In this document: positions 11,261 through 23,798 of the stretch, one piece after another
How the letters are laid out: each line of letters begins with the position of its first letter
Numbering within the stretch: position 1 is the stretch's first letter
Assembly (NCBI GenBank): GCA_964035575.1
Contig: OZ037837.1
Coordinates: forward strand, 744,001-808,000
DNA from: Rhynchopus sp. YZ270_cl-10
Lineage: Eukaryota
Length of the DNA: 64,000 nucleotides
Direction of reading: 5' to 3'
Program-made: the position numbers and the translations under genes
Notes under the pieces: model-generated
Database searches by the model: none
Seen by the model: only the letters and a program-made list of their open reading frames with translations
Told to the model about the DNA's origin: nothing

Positions 11261-13588
11261 CTCCCAACCTTCCTGTAGGGTGGGCGTGTGGGCGTGGGGG
11301 GCGAAGGTGTAGCCGTAAGTCGGGGAGCGATCCCCTTGAGAACTAAGCAGAAATATGTCTTTGGTGTGTTGTTTGTAGGCGTCTGAAAGGCGTCACGTCT
11401 CATCCAAAGAACCTGATTCATGTTGTAGGAAATGATTGGTATAGGGAAAGGGGGGAGAGAGGGGTAACTTTTTTTTTTTTTTTTTGTTTGAGAATTTGTT
11501 CTGCTTCTTAGGCAATTGGAACCCCCCATTGAGGGGGTGGAAAACTAATGATAAATAAGAATAAGAAAACAGTTTGTAAGAACCAAAGCCCCTTTTACAC
11601 AGTCGCCTGAACATTACAACCACACAACCTAGTTTTTTTTTTTCCATTTTTTCTACTCACTTCATTTTTTCTTTTTTGGGCATCAGATCTCGACAGTTGC
11701 ATTCGCTGCCACCTCTCTGATCTGGAGAAAATGGGAGTGTCGGTGTCGGAGCACAAAAGAGTAAAATGAAAAAAAACATATCGGGTGTGGGGTCTCTGAT
11801 CTATCTGTGCAGCGTATATATTCCCCAAACACGCCATGTTTGGCCAGGGCCCCTACAGCACGTCAATTGCAAAAAAAAAAAACCCCCCCTCCACCCAGCG
11901 TTTCACCTCACCATTACATAAAACCCTTGTTTTGCGTCATATTAAGATAAAAAAACAACAACAACATTATTTGTAATAAAATGATTCCGAAGTCTCGCAT
12001 TTTGTCACAAAAGAGAGAAAAAAAAATCACACACAAATTTTTGACTTGAAAATACAAAACTCTCTCACGAAGCAGAGTACCATGGAATAGATCACCCCTG
12101 GGTGGACTCCCCCCCCACCTCCCAACGCAGTCCTACACCCATTTTTTTTTTTTTTTCGTTTCCAATCTGATACAAATACGGAGATTTTTTTTTTTTTTTT
12201 TTTTTTTGGTTTTGTTTTTTATTTCGAAGACGCAAGCGAATGCCCTTCGTATGCGCACACCGTATGCACACCTTTCACTCGACCATTCATTGCTTTGACA
12301 GTATCTTTGACAGCTTCCCTCTGTGGGTCGGAAGCACGCACAACACACTACATTCCCCTCCTCCAACAGGTTCTGTTTAATGCAGGAGTGAGGTTGTAAA
12401 AAAAAAAAATAGTACCTCTGATAGGTAAGGAAAGGGGAGGGGGAAAAAAGGTTTTTTTTCGTATTGCTCAATCACCCCCTTGGAGTAATCGGCGACCGTA
12501 TGACCGTATCGGAGGAACTATTTCTTCTTTTATGCTCTGCTTTTGTAGGTATACATAAACAGCAAGAACAACCGCTGTACTATTCTTTAAACTGTACAAC
12601 AAAACAAAAAACTTCTTGTTCACTAACCACAAGAAGGACACGATAATGAAGTAGTAAATGACCTTGACTTTGTGATTTTATTTTGTGGTTTCACCGTTGT
12701 AAATCCTCAAGTCAATGACATCATCCACTTCACCGTTGTTTGTACCGTTTCAACGGTGGTTTTTTGCATCCTGCTGTCTTACACGACAATGAAGTAGTGT
12801 GGTTTTACTTTGTGGTTTCACCGTTGTAAATCCTCAAGTCAATGACATTTTACTTCGTAAAGGAGGTTTGTTGATTCTAAAAAAAAGGAGAAGGAATCAC
12901 GAAACAGTCAAAAAAAAAAAAATTGCAGAAATTTAATTTCTGGTATTTTTCAGGCAAAAAAACGCTGGTAAAAAAAAGTGGGGTAAAAAAGAGGGAGGGG
13001 GAGTTGAAATGCGAAGCGTTCCTCCCCGCTGTGGCTCTTTTTGTTGTACGAATGATTAATGGGAATTGGCGACTGCATTTCCCCGTATAGGGATCAGTCC
13101 TCATCCGTAAAATTACTACGCGTCCACTCGACGTTTGGATAAAAGAAAACTAGAGATGAAAGGGGGTTTGGGGGGAAGAGTTTAATTATTGAACGCATCC
13201 CCACATCCGTCTATTTAAAGTCTATTTATCATGCGTATCATCCGTAAAGTCTATTTAAAAAAAAGATGTCATCTTGTCGTTCCCTCCACCCCCCTTCTTG
13301 CAGTTGTTTGATGCGTTGACGCTGCTGCACAGGGTAAGTGAATGAGGAGGGAATGACTTTCTGCTCACGAAGTAGTCTGTGCGTTTCACCACAACCTCTC
13401 CCTTTTGTCTTTTATTGTTTGTGGGGGTGGGGGGAGGAAAAACAAGGAAAAGTAGGAGTGCGGTTTCAATTTTGCGAATTGGCGACTGCATTTCCCTGTA
13501 CAGGATCAGTCCTCATCCGCAAAGTCTATTTAAAAAAAAAGGTGGCATCTTGCCGTTCCCTCACCTCACCCCCCCCTTCTTGCAGTTG

Positions 13589-13736
13589 CACGACGTTGAA
13601 GTAAATGACTTTACTTGTGGTTTTTTACATGTCATTTTTTTTACTTGTGTTTAAGCTGTACGCTTACGTTTTTACGGGCAAGTAAACTATTTTCACAAGT
13701 AAAATTTCATGTAAAGTCATTTACTTCAACGTCGTG
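13589..13736. mobile_element. 148-bp MITE, ~26-bp TIR, TG duplication
   Basis: CACGACGTTGAAGTAAATGACTTTAC...GTAAAGTCATTTACTTCAACGTCGTG. The empty site is visible in the tandem paralogue at ~13298-13320. Confidence 0.8.
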
Positions 13737-15013
13737 TGCTTGATGCGTTGACGCTGCCACACAGGGTGAGTGAATGAGGTGAGGGAAATGACGTGACACT
13801 TTCTGCTCACGAAGTAGTGTGTGCGTGCGCGTTAAAAAAGGGTAGTTATCGATAATCAGGTATCTCTGACGACCTGCTGTACGATGCCAGCCCCAGGATG
13901 AAAGCAGAAGAAAGGAGTAGACAATGCTAATAACATGAAGCGCTTAATGCTCGCTTATGTAACGTAACAAAAAAGAAAAAGAAAAAGAAGGGAAAAAAAG
14001 AGTGAAGCTGGCCGACACTAACCAAAAGCTAACACCTCCAGTAGTATTGGGCCAAAGAAAGAAGCGCGTGAAATTGACGCATGCGTCTCGTGCACACAGT
14101 CAGACAAAAAAAAAAAAATCAGAGAGAAAAACTGAAAGTCCCACAACAAAAACACACTTCATTAGGGAGACAAAAAAGAGAAAAGTTTATAAGATGATCC
14201 CAAGCCTCTCGTGCTTAGTCACCTTGTTGTGATAAAATAAGACCTTTAAAAAAAAAAACAGATAAGAAGAGATAGAGCAAGTTTGAAAGATTCATTATTT
14301 CATATACCAATGCAAGAAAGAGTGTTGCACTTTTTGGGAGTTGCTACCAGGGAAACTGCAAGTCGGTACACAGTCAAGAAAGGAATGTTGAGTAGTTGCA
14401 ACGTGCGAAAACGCATCTCGCTCGAGAGAAAAAAAAACGCGCTCAAGAAAAGACATCTGCTTTGGACCGTTTGAGTCAACTGCCAGCATCATGGATATGA
14501 GGGTGTGCGTTGTGATTTATTTGTACTGGGGGATGATTTAATAACAGCTTTGAAATAAGTGGTCGATTTTTCTCTGTTTTGCTCTCACTAAGGTGGGGGG
14601 ACAGAGATAGTGAGAGCGCAACACAGAGGCACAAAAAAGGGTGTGTTGATAACAGAAAAAAATAAAATAAAGACGGATGGGAGGAAGAGAAACTGAAACA
14701 TAACGGATCATGGTAGCAAAAAGGGGTAAAAAAGAACACTTAAAAGATGAAATGTGCCTCTCGGGAGCACAGCTAAAAAATCGTAACGTACACACTCCGT
14801 TGATTCTAAAAACGCTTACCGGCAACCTAAAAAAATACAGCCGCCATTTCCATCCCGACCCCTATGGGTACCCCATTCCTTTTTTCCCACAAAAAAAGGC
14901 TTTGCCCATGGTGTGATGACTAATACGTGCCCATCTATGGTTGTAGATATACCAGCCTTTCTACATCTTTCCCCTCCCCCCTCCCCCTTCTCCTCCCCCT
15001 CACCACCCTTTCC

Positions 15014-16885
15014 CTATAACGCATCGTCTTCCACCTCCTCTAGACCATGCGGGTGCATCGCAAGATATTCATCTAGCTCGCCTTCGTGCTCATCTAGGTG
15101 TTCTGTAAAGTGTTCAACTGGCGCCTTTGGCTTCGATTTTAGGTTCCGCCCTGCGACACACACTGCTCCAGCACAGAGGCACAGCGCCGCGCATACTATA
15201 CCAAGAATCGCACCCAGGCCAAGCCCGCCGTCATCCCCCTCGCCACTGGCAGCCCCACCCACTATGCACCCTGGGGCAGGTCTGCCTACCTGCGAGAGAC
15301 GCACGTCGTCAACACAGACGCAAACGAAATCATTCAGAACACCACTGTCCTCATCGGTGCAGGTCTGCCCTTCGCCACAGGGGGTTGATGCGCATTCGTC
15401 TGTCATATTGGGTGCAACGTTCTCAGGTACCGTTAACGTTAGCGTGGTGGTGATGGTGTATGTGATGGTGGGTGTCGTGGTGGGGGCGGCGACAGTGGGC
15501 ATCGGGGTGTCCGGTGCATCTGTCGGGGGTGCCGGGCAGCCCCAGCGCACATCAAGCACTGCCGCCTCGGAATGCCGCCTCCAGGTCCCTAAAAATGGGT
15601 TTCCATACCCCACTGCCCAGGCAAACGTTATGGTACGTTCGTCACGCAGATTGAAATCCGTTGCGGTAACGAGAGGACGAACAAAGGTTATGGTATCCGC
15701 AGACTGCGTGAGAACGACTGCATCCTGGGCGGTGTCAACCGTAGGTTGGTCTGTCACGCCTGCAGGCACAAAACCATCAAACACCTCCCCCTGATTCGCA
15801 GACGACCACGCATAGACGTCCAGATCATCCATTCGGTTCCCCCCTGGATCACGAAACCCAATCGCACCATAATCCCCGGTCTGCAAGACTGCGGTGAAAC
15901 GCACTGCAGGCACGCTATCATACATACCAAACTCATACGACACAGCGAGGCTTGCTGTTGTTTCCAATTCAAACACCCCATTAGGCGTGCATGAGGTGTT
16001 GTCAGGGAAGAACGACGGCGGCGCATTTGTGGGAGCTAGGGTAGTGGGAGGGGGCACAGCAGTGTCTGGCGCATCTGTGGGTTCTGCGGTCGGAACCGCT
16101 GTCGGCGCGATTGTGTCCGGGGCCACCGTAGGTGGTGCATTCGTCGGTGCTGCAGTGCAGCCTAGCAGCACCTCATTCACCACCCCACGCCCCATCGCGG
16201 AGTGCCCCGCCCAGATTGGCGTCCCAAAGACACGCCCTGGACCTACCGCCCACCCGATTGTCACCGGACTGCCTTTGGATAACACATAGTCGTTTCCGGT
16301 ATCAACTTTACGAAAGAACGAAACACGCTGCGAAGGCTGCGCACCGGGAGAAAGGTAGGCATCAGGGATGGGGTCGTCTGCGGGGCGTCCGTTGACGGCG
16401 CCGGCGACGGCCAGGTCTTTGACATTTGCGGTGAAGGCGTCAAAGGCGTAGCCATCGAAGCCTGCCATGCCCGACGTCGAGTCTGCGATGTCGCGGAAGG
16501 CAATGCTGCCCCAGTCTTCTTCGAAGCGGATGTCGAAGCGTATCGCCTCCACACCCTCGAAGGTGCCGTACTGATAGGACACAAGGAAGCTGTTGCTCCC
16601 AGTCGTCACAGCCCGCGCCGGACACTGATCCGCAACAAACTCACCCAGTAAAGCCGGTGAATGTGTATCCGGTACCTCTGTCGCGGGCGCGTCAGTAGGT
16701 GGTGTCAATGTGTTGCAGGAGGCAACGGTGATGTCAACAGTGCCCCGCTGCTGTGCGCTGTGTTGTGTCCAAGTGTCGTCGGCAATAAACCCAGGTCCGG
16801 TAGCCCAAGCAATGGTTAAATCCTGGCTGCGGGTGATGGAGTAGTCCTCGAAGTCCTTCGTATCCATTAAGCGGTGGAATATAAT
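15014..16885 (-). CDS. Exon 2 of multi-DOMON/EGF type I membrane protein
   Basis: Begins IIFHRLMDT right after acceptor TTTTCAG (intron end 16886). Completes DOMON 3, then two more DOMON domains, an EGF-like DECASTPCGEGQTC...FVCVC, and a TM helix. Confidence 0.85.
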   Translation of the reverse strand: MIFHRLMDTKDFEDYSITRSQDLTIAWATGPGFIADDTWTQHSAQQRGTVDITVASCNTLTPPTDAPATEVPDTHSPALLGEFVADQCPARAVTTGSNSFLVSYQYGTFEGVEAIRFDIRFEEDWGSIAFRDIADSTSGMAGFDGYAFDAFTANVKDLAVAGAVNGRPADDPIPDAYLSPGAQPSQRVSFFRKVDTGNDYVLSKGSPVTIGWAVGPGRVFGTPIWAGHSAMGRGVVNEVLLGCTAAPTNAPPTVAPDTIAPTAVPTAEPTDAPDTAVPPPTTLAPTNAPPSFFPDNTSCTPNGVFELETTASLAVSYEFGMYDSVPAVRFTAVLQTGDYGAIGFRDPGGNRMDDLDVYAWSSANQGEVFDGFVPAGVTDQPTVDTAQDAVVLTQSADTITFVRPLVTATDFNLRDERTITFAWAVGYGNPFLGTWRRHSEAAVLDVRWGCPAPPTDAPDTPMPTVAAPTTTPTITYTITTTLTLTVPENVAPNMTDECASTPCGEGQTCTDEDSGVLNDFVCVCVDDVRLSQVGRPAPGCIVGGAASGEGDDGGLGLGAILGIVCAALCLCAGAVCVAGRNLKSKPKAPVEHFTEHLDEHEGELDEYLAMHPHGLEEVEDDAL

Positions 16886-18460
16886 CTGAAAATGGTGGGG
16901 GTAGAGGAAACAAAACATTATAGACAACATAAAGAAAAAGGAAGGGGGCTCCCTAAAAAGGAGTATTTTGGATAAAAAGGTTCAAAAAGCGCGTGGTTTC
17001 TGGGTCAAAAAAGAGGGAAAAAAGAGTGAGGGGAGTTGGGTCCAGTCATAGGGGGTATAGCATATTTTTTGGAAAATTCTTCAAAAAAACGACGATTTTT
17101 GCTGGGCACAATGCAAATTTCAGAAAAATCCCAATTTTCGACTGGTTGAGCAAATTATGGCCCACCCACCCCGATTGTGTGTCAAAAACAGACTTTAGAA
17201 TGTTTCTAGAAAGTATTACCCTTATCAGAGGGCGCAGTGTCCGACAAGGGTCACAGACAGAACGCGATTTAATTGGGGTCAAACGCCGAAGGAAAAGGAA
17301 GGATGCAGTATGGCGAGAGAATAAAAGTAGCGCACCGTGCGCCTTGGGCGCAAGCTTGCAACCCACCCTTCGCGTGACATAGTTTGGCACTAAAAACGTG
17401 CAATTTTGAGCGCAATTTTTAGAAATGTTGCGTACCGTGGCTTCGCCATGGGTGCCATGACCGCCGTTTCTTTTGTAAATGTATTGAGATTACTGATACT
17501 GCGTGTGCCCAGTGCAAATATCAATGTAGTGTCGAACTCCGCAGTAGGATAACCGAGGAATTCTCACATTCTGCCGGAGGCCCCGAACGAGCTGGGTTGG
17601 GCTCGACCGAGTAATGACCGAGTTTCAGCGAAAACCACCAAAACCTATATTCCCCTGGGGTTTAGTTCTGCGACAGCTGAGATGTAAAAAAACACCACTA
17701 TTCTGCCTCAGTACAAGTCCCAACCTGCTTGTTCGTTTTTCTTTTCAGACGGTCACTCAATTTTTCGACTCGCTGCGTTCGCGGACAAACCATCAACCCC
17801 CCCACGATTTCCCAAAAACCTGACAGCTAGCATCAGGCCTGCGCGGAAAAATCTCAAAAACGGGAGAGAAAAATAAAACAAAAAAAATCTCGGATTTTCA
17901 GCGAACAGAAGGATCCACCCTGCACCGGGAGAGGAGAAAGGTATCGCTTCCGCCTCGTCGCAAAATCGATAGTGCGTTCGCACTGCTCACACTTGTACTG
18001 AAACCGTAAATGCCAGACGTCGTCCGTGTTCCACGTCACGTCGATAAAATCCTGCACCAATGTGTACGCACTGCCGATGCTGGACACCGTAGTGTTCTCC
18101 TGCATGAGGTCTGATGCCGCATGATGGCAAGGAATGGCGCTGCGAGCACTATAACATCTACATTTAAAATTCAGGTTCGGTATGACCTAGAGCTCCGAAC
18201 TGCGCCGCAGGCCCCCAATTGCATAGGGGGGTCTGGGGGGCAAAGCCCCCCAATGGGGGGTTCGGGGGGCGAAGCCCCCCGGCGCTTTTTTTTTGGAGTC
18301 TCGGACCAGAAAAACCGAAAATTTGAGTTGAAATGGGCATTTTCCTAAGTAAAAACCACGAAATTTCGGGTGCGCGAAACCACGTTTTAGACCCCCACAG
18401 ATGCTCAAAAGTGTCAAATTCTGGTTTTAATAACCTCAAATCGTCGAAATTAGCCCTATA

Positions 18461-18872
18461 CACGGTTCGGAAAAGTACTTTTTTAAAAAGTGATATTTTT
18501 TGGTCAAAAAAAGTACTTTTTCACTTTTCGAAAAAAAAAGTACTTTTTTTTTTTCCATCAAAATTGTACAGGAAAAAAAAAAGTACTTGAAAAAATAAAA
18601 AGTACTTTTTATTTTTCCATCAAAAATTGTACGGAGAGAAAAAATAAAAAGCACTTTTTTTTTTCTGTACAAAAAATTTAGAACACTGGAAAAAAAAAAG
18701 TACTTTTTATTTTTTTTCTCCGTACAATTTTTTGACGGGAAAAAAAAAAGTACTTTTTTTTTTTTCCTCCGTACAATTTTTGCACAGAAAAAAAAAAGTA
18801 CTTTTTTTTTTCAAGTACTTTTTTTTTTTGGAAAGTACTTTACTTTTGGGCAAAGTACTTTTCCGATCCGTG
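18461..18872. mobile_element. 412-bp MITE with many internal AAAGTACTTT palindromes
   Basis: TIR CACGGTTCGGAAAAGTACTTT / AAAGTACTTTTCCGATCCGTG. Flanks CCCTATA / GCCTATA are an imperfect duplication. Confidence 0.7.
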
Positions 18873-19349
18873 GCCTATATAGGCGGAAAAAAAATTTGCG
18901 AGAGTCCCTTTCTATAAATGAGTCATACTATAGAAAGTGGGGTGGGAGGGTCCGTAGTCCGAGGGTCCGTAAACATTCGAAAACATACGAAAACATGCGT
19001 TTTTCCCAGTTTTGGCTGGCAAAAAACATTTTTTCCCCCTTTGTATCTCAGTTTTGGCAAAGGTAAAAAACACTTTTTGAACTTTTTTGCGATTTTTTAA
19101 CATGTTTTAGGGAGCCCCCGAAACGTTTTATATGATCCCTCTCGTCACTTTCAATCTCTTTTAACCACAAAAAAAAAAATCGTGCAAAGACATCTTGCGA
19201 CCAGGCATATTGCTAAGTGCCGTTTCGCCGTTTTGTGGGGTGATCAGGGGTAGTATTCTGCCAAAAAATTCGCAAAACCCGGAATGCGAATCGCAAAAAA
19301 TCGCAAAAAATCGCAAAAAATCGCGACACGCACAGGACATGACATCACA

Positions 19350-19662
19350 TGTACCTGTTTTACCTGTGTACCTGTGTACCTGTGTACCTGTGTACCTGTG
19401 TACCTGTGTACCTGTGTACCTGTGTACCTGTGTACCTGTGTACCTGTGTACCTGTGTACCTGTGTACCTGTGTACCTGTGTACCTGTGTACCTGTGTACC
19501 TGTGTACCTGTGTACCTGTGTACCTGTGTACCTGTGTACCTGTGTACCTGTGTACCTGTGTACCTGTGTACCTGTGTACCTGTGTACCTGTGTACCTGTG
19601 TACCTGTGTACCTGTGTACCTGTGTACCTGTGTACCTGTGTACCTGTGTACCTGTGTACCTG
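19350..19662. repeat. (GTACCTGT)n octamer tandem array, ~39 units
   Basis: Read directly from the sequence. Confidence 0.98.
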
Positions 19663-19761
19663 AGTGCGAAGGAAGGTTGTTTGATATGGTCATCATTTTG
19701 CCACCCACCTCTCTAAAGTCTTATAATCCCAGTCCCCCGGCACAGTATACACAGTATACAC

Positions 19762-20835
19762 CATACAATGCAACGAGGCCGAGTCGGCCTCGCCAAGGCC
19801 TGAAAATAAATACTCAGGCGTGCCTGAGGCGTACTCGGGATTAGTTACGTTTAAGTACGCCTCAGGCGCGCCTGAGTATATTTATATTTCTTACCAGCAT
19901 TTTGTTCATGAACAAAAAAGTATTTCGCCCCAAATTTTGTGGCTTTCGATTCAGAGGTAGCAAAATCTTTTAAATGCGGGGTCGCACAATGAAAAATGTG
20001 CCTGTGGGCCGAGCGAGTCGAAAAAATGAAAAGGGTTCGCTAGCTTTGGTGCTGATGATATATATTTTGGTGGTACATTCGGGTATTTCATTGGTTCAAA
20101 AATCATTGGAAACAAATCTCGGGGGTGATTTTCGACTGGGCCCTTCGCGGCCCAACTTGATGCAAGACGGAAGAGGCTCATACAAGGCTGGATCCTCCAA
20201 CACTAGAAAGATCCCATCGAGATCCTAAAATCATACACAGGTCTCCTTCATCCACAGACCACAGCTCTAATTTAAATACAACTATGGGGTGACCAAAGGA
20301 CTTTTTTATACATAACCGAGTTATGACTCATCTTCTGCGAAGCCTCTTTTTAGGAGACAGTTTACTGTAGGCAGTAACCATGATATTTTTCCACTAAAAA
20401 TATCTTGCGACCCCGCAATTTTCTCAGCAGGACACCGAAAGTTGATTTCAGCACATTTCAGGGGGTGGGGAAAATACATGGCATGCCTTAGAAACGTGAT
20501 GACCTGTGCGTAATAATTTTATATATCAGCAGAAATATGAAACCGAGTATACTTTCCCCTGATTTTGGTACAAACTTAAAGTCACGCATTTTTTGCTAAA
20601 AAAATTGCCCGACCCCGGAATTTTTTCAGATCGCTCCGGAAATTCATCAGAGGCCCATTTTGCGGGGCAAAAATCCACACCAGGCGCCTGAAACGCAAGT
20701 ATGCGTTGATATATACTCAGGCGTGCCTGAGGCGTACTTAAACGTAACTAATCCCGAGTACGCCTCAGGCACGCCTCAGATATATTTTCCAGATATGAGT
20801 ATTTTCAGGCGTACCCGGCCTCGTTGCATTGTATG
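19762..20835. mobile_element. 1074-bp MITE inserted into the nonamer array, 6-bp duplication ATACAC
   Basis: TIR CATACAATGCAACGAGGCCG / CGGCCTCGTTGCATTGTATG. ATACAC at 19756-19761 and 20836-20841. Inverted palindromic subterminal blocks at ~19811-19878 and ~20714-20778. Confidence 0.85.
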
Positions 20836-21030
20836 ATACACAGAATACACAGTATACACAGTATACACAGTATACACAGTATACACAGTATACACAGTAT
20901 ACACAGTATACACAGTATACACAGTATACACAGTATACACAGTATACACAGTATACACAGTATACACAGTATACACAGTATACACAGTATACACAGTATA
21001 CACAGTATACACAGTATACACAGTACACAA
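20836..21030. repeat. (ACACAGTAT)n nonamer tandem array, ~21 units (two more units at 19741-19761)
   Basis: Read directly from the sequence. Confidence 0.97.
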
Positions 21031-21054
21031 TACAAACGCCAGGTGGTCTGAAGA

Positions 21055-21535
21055 CCCATCCTCACCGAACCAGCTGAGGTGCTCAAGACGATCCCACCCC
21101 TAGAAGAGGACTGCAAACAGGAGAGAGCGGACAGAATTGCGAAGCACATCCGTTTGGCTGCTGAGCAGAAGCAACAGAAGCAGGCTCGACGCAAACCAAA
21201 GAAACCCACCGGACACACTCGCATCTTCTTCGGCGGATACTGCAACGTGAGGCAGCCGGGGGCGAGGGTGAAGAAAAACACTTGCCAGGGATCGGGCGCA
21301 GGAGCACGCCTCGAGATAGACGGCGAGGTGCGGTGGACAGCCAGTAGTCGCCTGGCGGACGCACCCCTGAACGTCGCGGAGTATGAAGGACTGCTGATGT
21401 GCCTCGAATACCTTAAGAGCGACACAGACACCACACCACTGAACATCTACGGATCCAGTAGAACCGTGGTTGACCAGGTGATGAGCTGCATTCCTTTTCG
21501 GACCGGGGTGTTCCATCCTATTTTTAAAAACGTTT
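21055..21535 (+). mobile_element. 481-bp retroposed insert encoding a truncated, degenerate RNase HI-like fragment, 19-bp TSD
   Basis: ACGCCAGGTGGTCTGAAGA at 21036-21054 and 21536-21554. The ORF has IFFGG...GAGA...NVAEYEGL...IYGSSRTVVDQ, an RNase HI pattern with both Asp positions substituted. Confidence 0.85.
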
Positions 21536-21824
21536 ACGCCAGGTGGTCTGAAGAGTGATCTGACCATATTCTCCAGGTATAACAAATGCTTAAATAATGC
21601 ATTGGCGAAGGAATTTTGCGCTTTCGACCACCACAGATTACATGTGTTTTTACCGGTTTTTCTATGTGTTGAGGTATGCACTTGTGTGCTGGGAAGCATG
21701 CCACCAGTGTTACAATTTTACAAGGTAAAGATGACCTGTACGTACGTATGTAAGGAAGAAGGCTGAGTGGGCATATAGTGCCGCAAAATCATATCTGGAA
21801 GCCATCAGTCCCCTGTCCGGTTGT

Positions 21825-23798
21825 CCAGTACCCAGTACCCAGTACCCAGTACCCAGTACCCAGTACCCAGTACCCAGTACCCAGTACCCAGTACCCAGTA
21901 CCCAGTACCCAGTACCCAGTACCCAGTACCCAGTACCCAGTACCCAGTACCCAGTACCCAGTACCCAGTACCCAGTACCCAGTACCCAGTACCCAGTACC
22001 CAGTACCCAGTACCCAGTACCCAGTACCCAGTACCCAGTACCCAGTACCCAGTACCCAGTACCCAGTACCCAGTACCCAGTACCCAGTACCCAGTACCCA
22101 GTACCCAGTACCCAGTACCCAGTACCCAGTACCCAGTACCCAGTACACAGTACCCAGTACCCAGTACCCAGTACCCAGTACCCAGTACCCAGTACCCAGT
22201 ACCCAGTACCCAGTACCCAGTACCCAGTACCCAGTACCCAGTACACAGTACCCAGTACCCAGTACCCAGTACCCAGTACCCAGTACCCAGTACCCAGTAC
22301 CCAGTACCCAGTACCCAGTACCCAGTACCCAGTACCCAGTACCCAGTACCCAGTACCCAGTACCCAGTACCCAGTACCCAGTACCCAGTACCCAGTACCC
22401 AGTACCCAGTACCCAGTACCCAGTACCCAGTACCCAGTACCCAGTACCCAGTACCCAGTACCCAGTACCCAGTACCCAGTACCCAGTACCCAGTACCCAG
22501 TACCCAGTACCCAGTACCCAGTACCCAGTACCCAGTACCCAGTACCCAGTACCCAGTACCCAGTACCCAGTACCCAGTACCCAGTACCCAGTACCCAGTA
22601 CCCAGTACCCAGTACCCAGTACCCAGTACCCAGTACCCAGTACCCAGTACCCAGTACCCAGTACCCAGTACCCAGTACCCAGTACCCAGTACCCAGTACC
22701 CAGTACCCAGTACCCAGTACCCAGTACCCAGTACCCAGTACCCAGTACCCAGTACCCAGTACCCAGTACCCAGTACCCAGTACCCAGTACCCAGTACCCA
22801 GTACCCAGTACCCAGTACCCAGTACCCAGTACCCAGTACCCAGTACCCAGTACCCAGTACCCAGTACCCAGTACCCAGTACCCAGTACCCAGTACCCAGT
22901 ACCCAGTACCCAGTACCCAGTACCCAGTACCCAGTACACAGTACCCAGTACCCAGTACCCAGTACCCAGTACCCAGTACCCAGTACCCAGTACCCAGTAC
23001 CCAGTACCCAGTACCCAGTACCCAGTACCCAGTACCCAGTACCCAGTACCCAGTACCCAGTACCCAGTACCCAGTACCCAGTACCCAGTACCCAGTACCC
23101 AGTACCCAGTACCCAGTACCCAGTACCCAGTACCCAGTACCCAGTACCCAGTACCCAGTACCCAGTACCCAGTACCCAGTACCCAGTACCCAGTACCCAG
23201 TACCCAGTACCCAGTACCCAGTACCCAGTACCCAGTACCCAGTACCCAGTACCCAGTACCCAGTACCCAGTACCCAGTACCCAGTACCCAGTACCCAGTA
23301 CCCAGTACCCAGTACACAGTACCCAGTACCCAGTACCCAGTACCCAGTACCCAGTACCCAGTACCCAGTACCCAGTACCCAGTACCCAGTACCCAGTACC
23401 CAGTACCCAGTACCCAGTACCCAGTACCCAGTACCCAGTACCCAGTACCCAGTACCCAGTACCCAGTACCCAGTACCCAGTACCCAGTACCCAGTACCCA
23501 GTACCCAGTACCCAGTACCCAGTACCCAGTACCCAGTACCCAGTACCCAGTACCCAGTACCCAGTACCCAGTACCCAGTACCCAGTACCCAGTACCCAGT
23601 ACCCAGTACCCAGTACCCAGTACCCAGTACCCAGTACCCAGTACCCAGTACCCAGTACCCAGTACCCAGTACCCAGTACCCAGTACCCAGTACCCAGTAC
23701 CCAGTACCCAGTACCCAGTACCCAGTACCCAGTACCCAGTACCCAGTACCCAGTACCCAGTACCCAGTACCCAGTACCCAGTACCCAGTACCCAGTAC
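21825..23798. repeat. (CCCAGTA)n heptamer array, ~282 units, about four CACAGTA variants
   Basis: Read directly from the sequence. The long ORFs across it are artefacts of a stop-free repeat. Confidence 0.99.

Noticed and set aside
19195..21077. CTCVPVYL, TQY, CVY and HSI repeat ORFs
   Set aside because: Satellite translation artefacts.
21825..23798. True telomere
   Set aside because: Internal, flanked by TIR-element sequence on both sides, and inside an intron.
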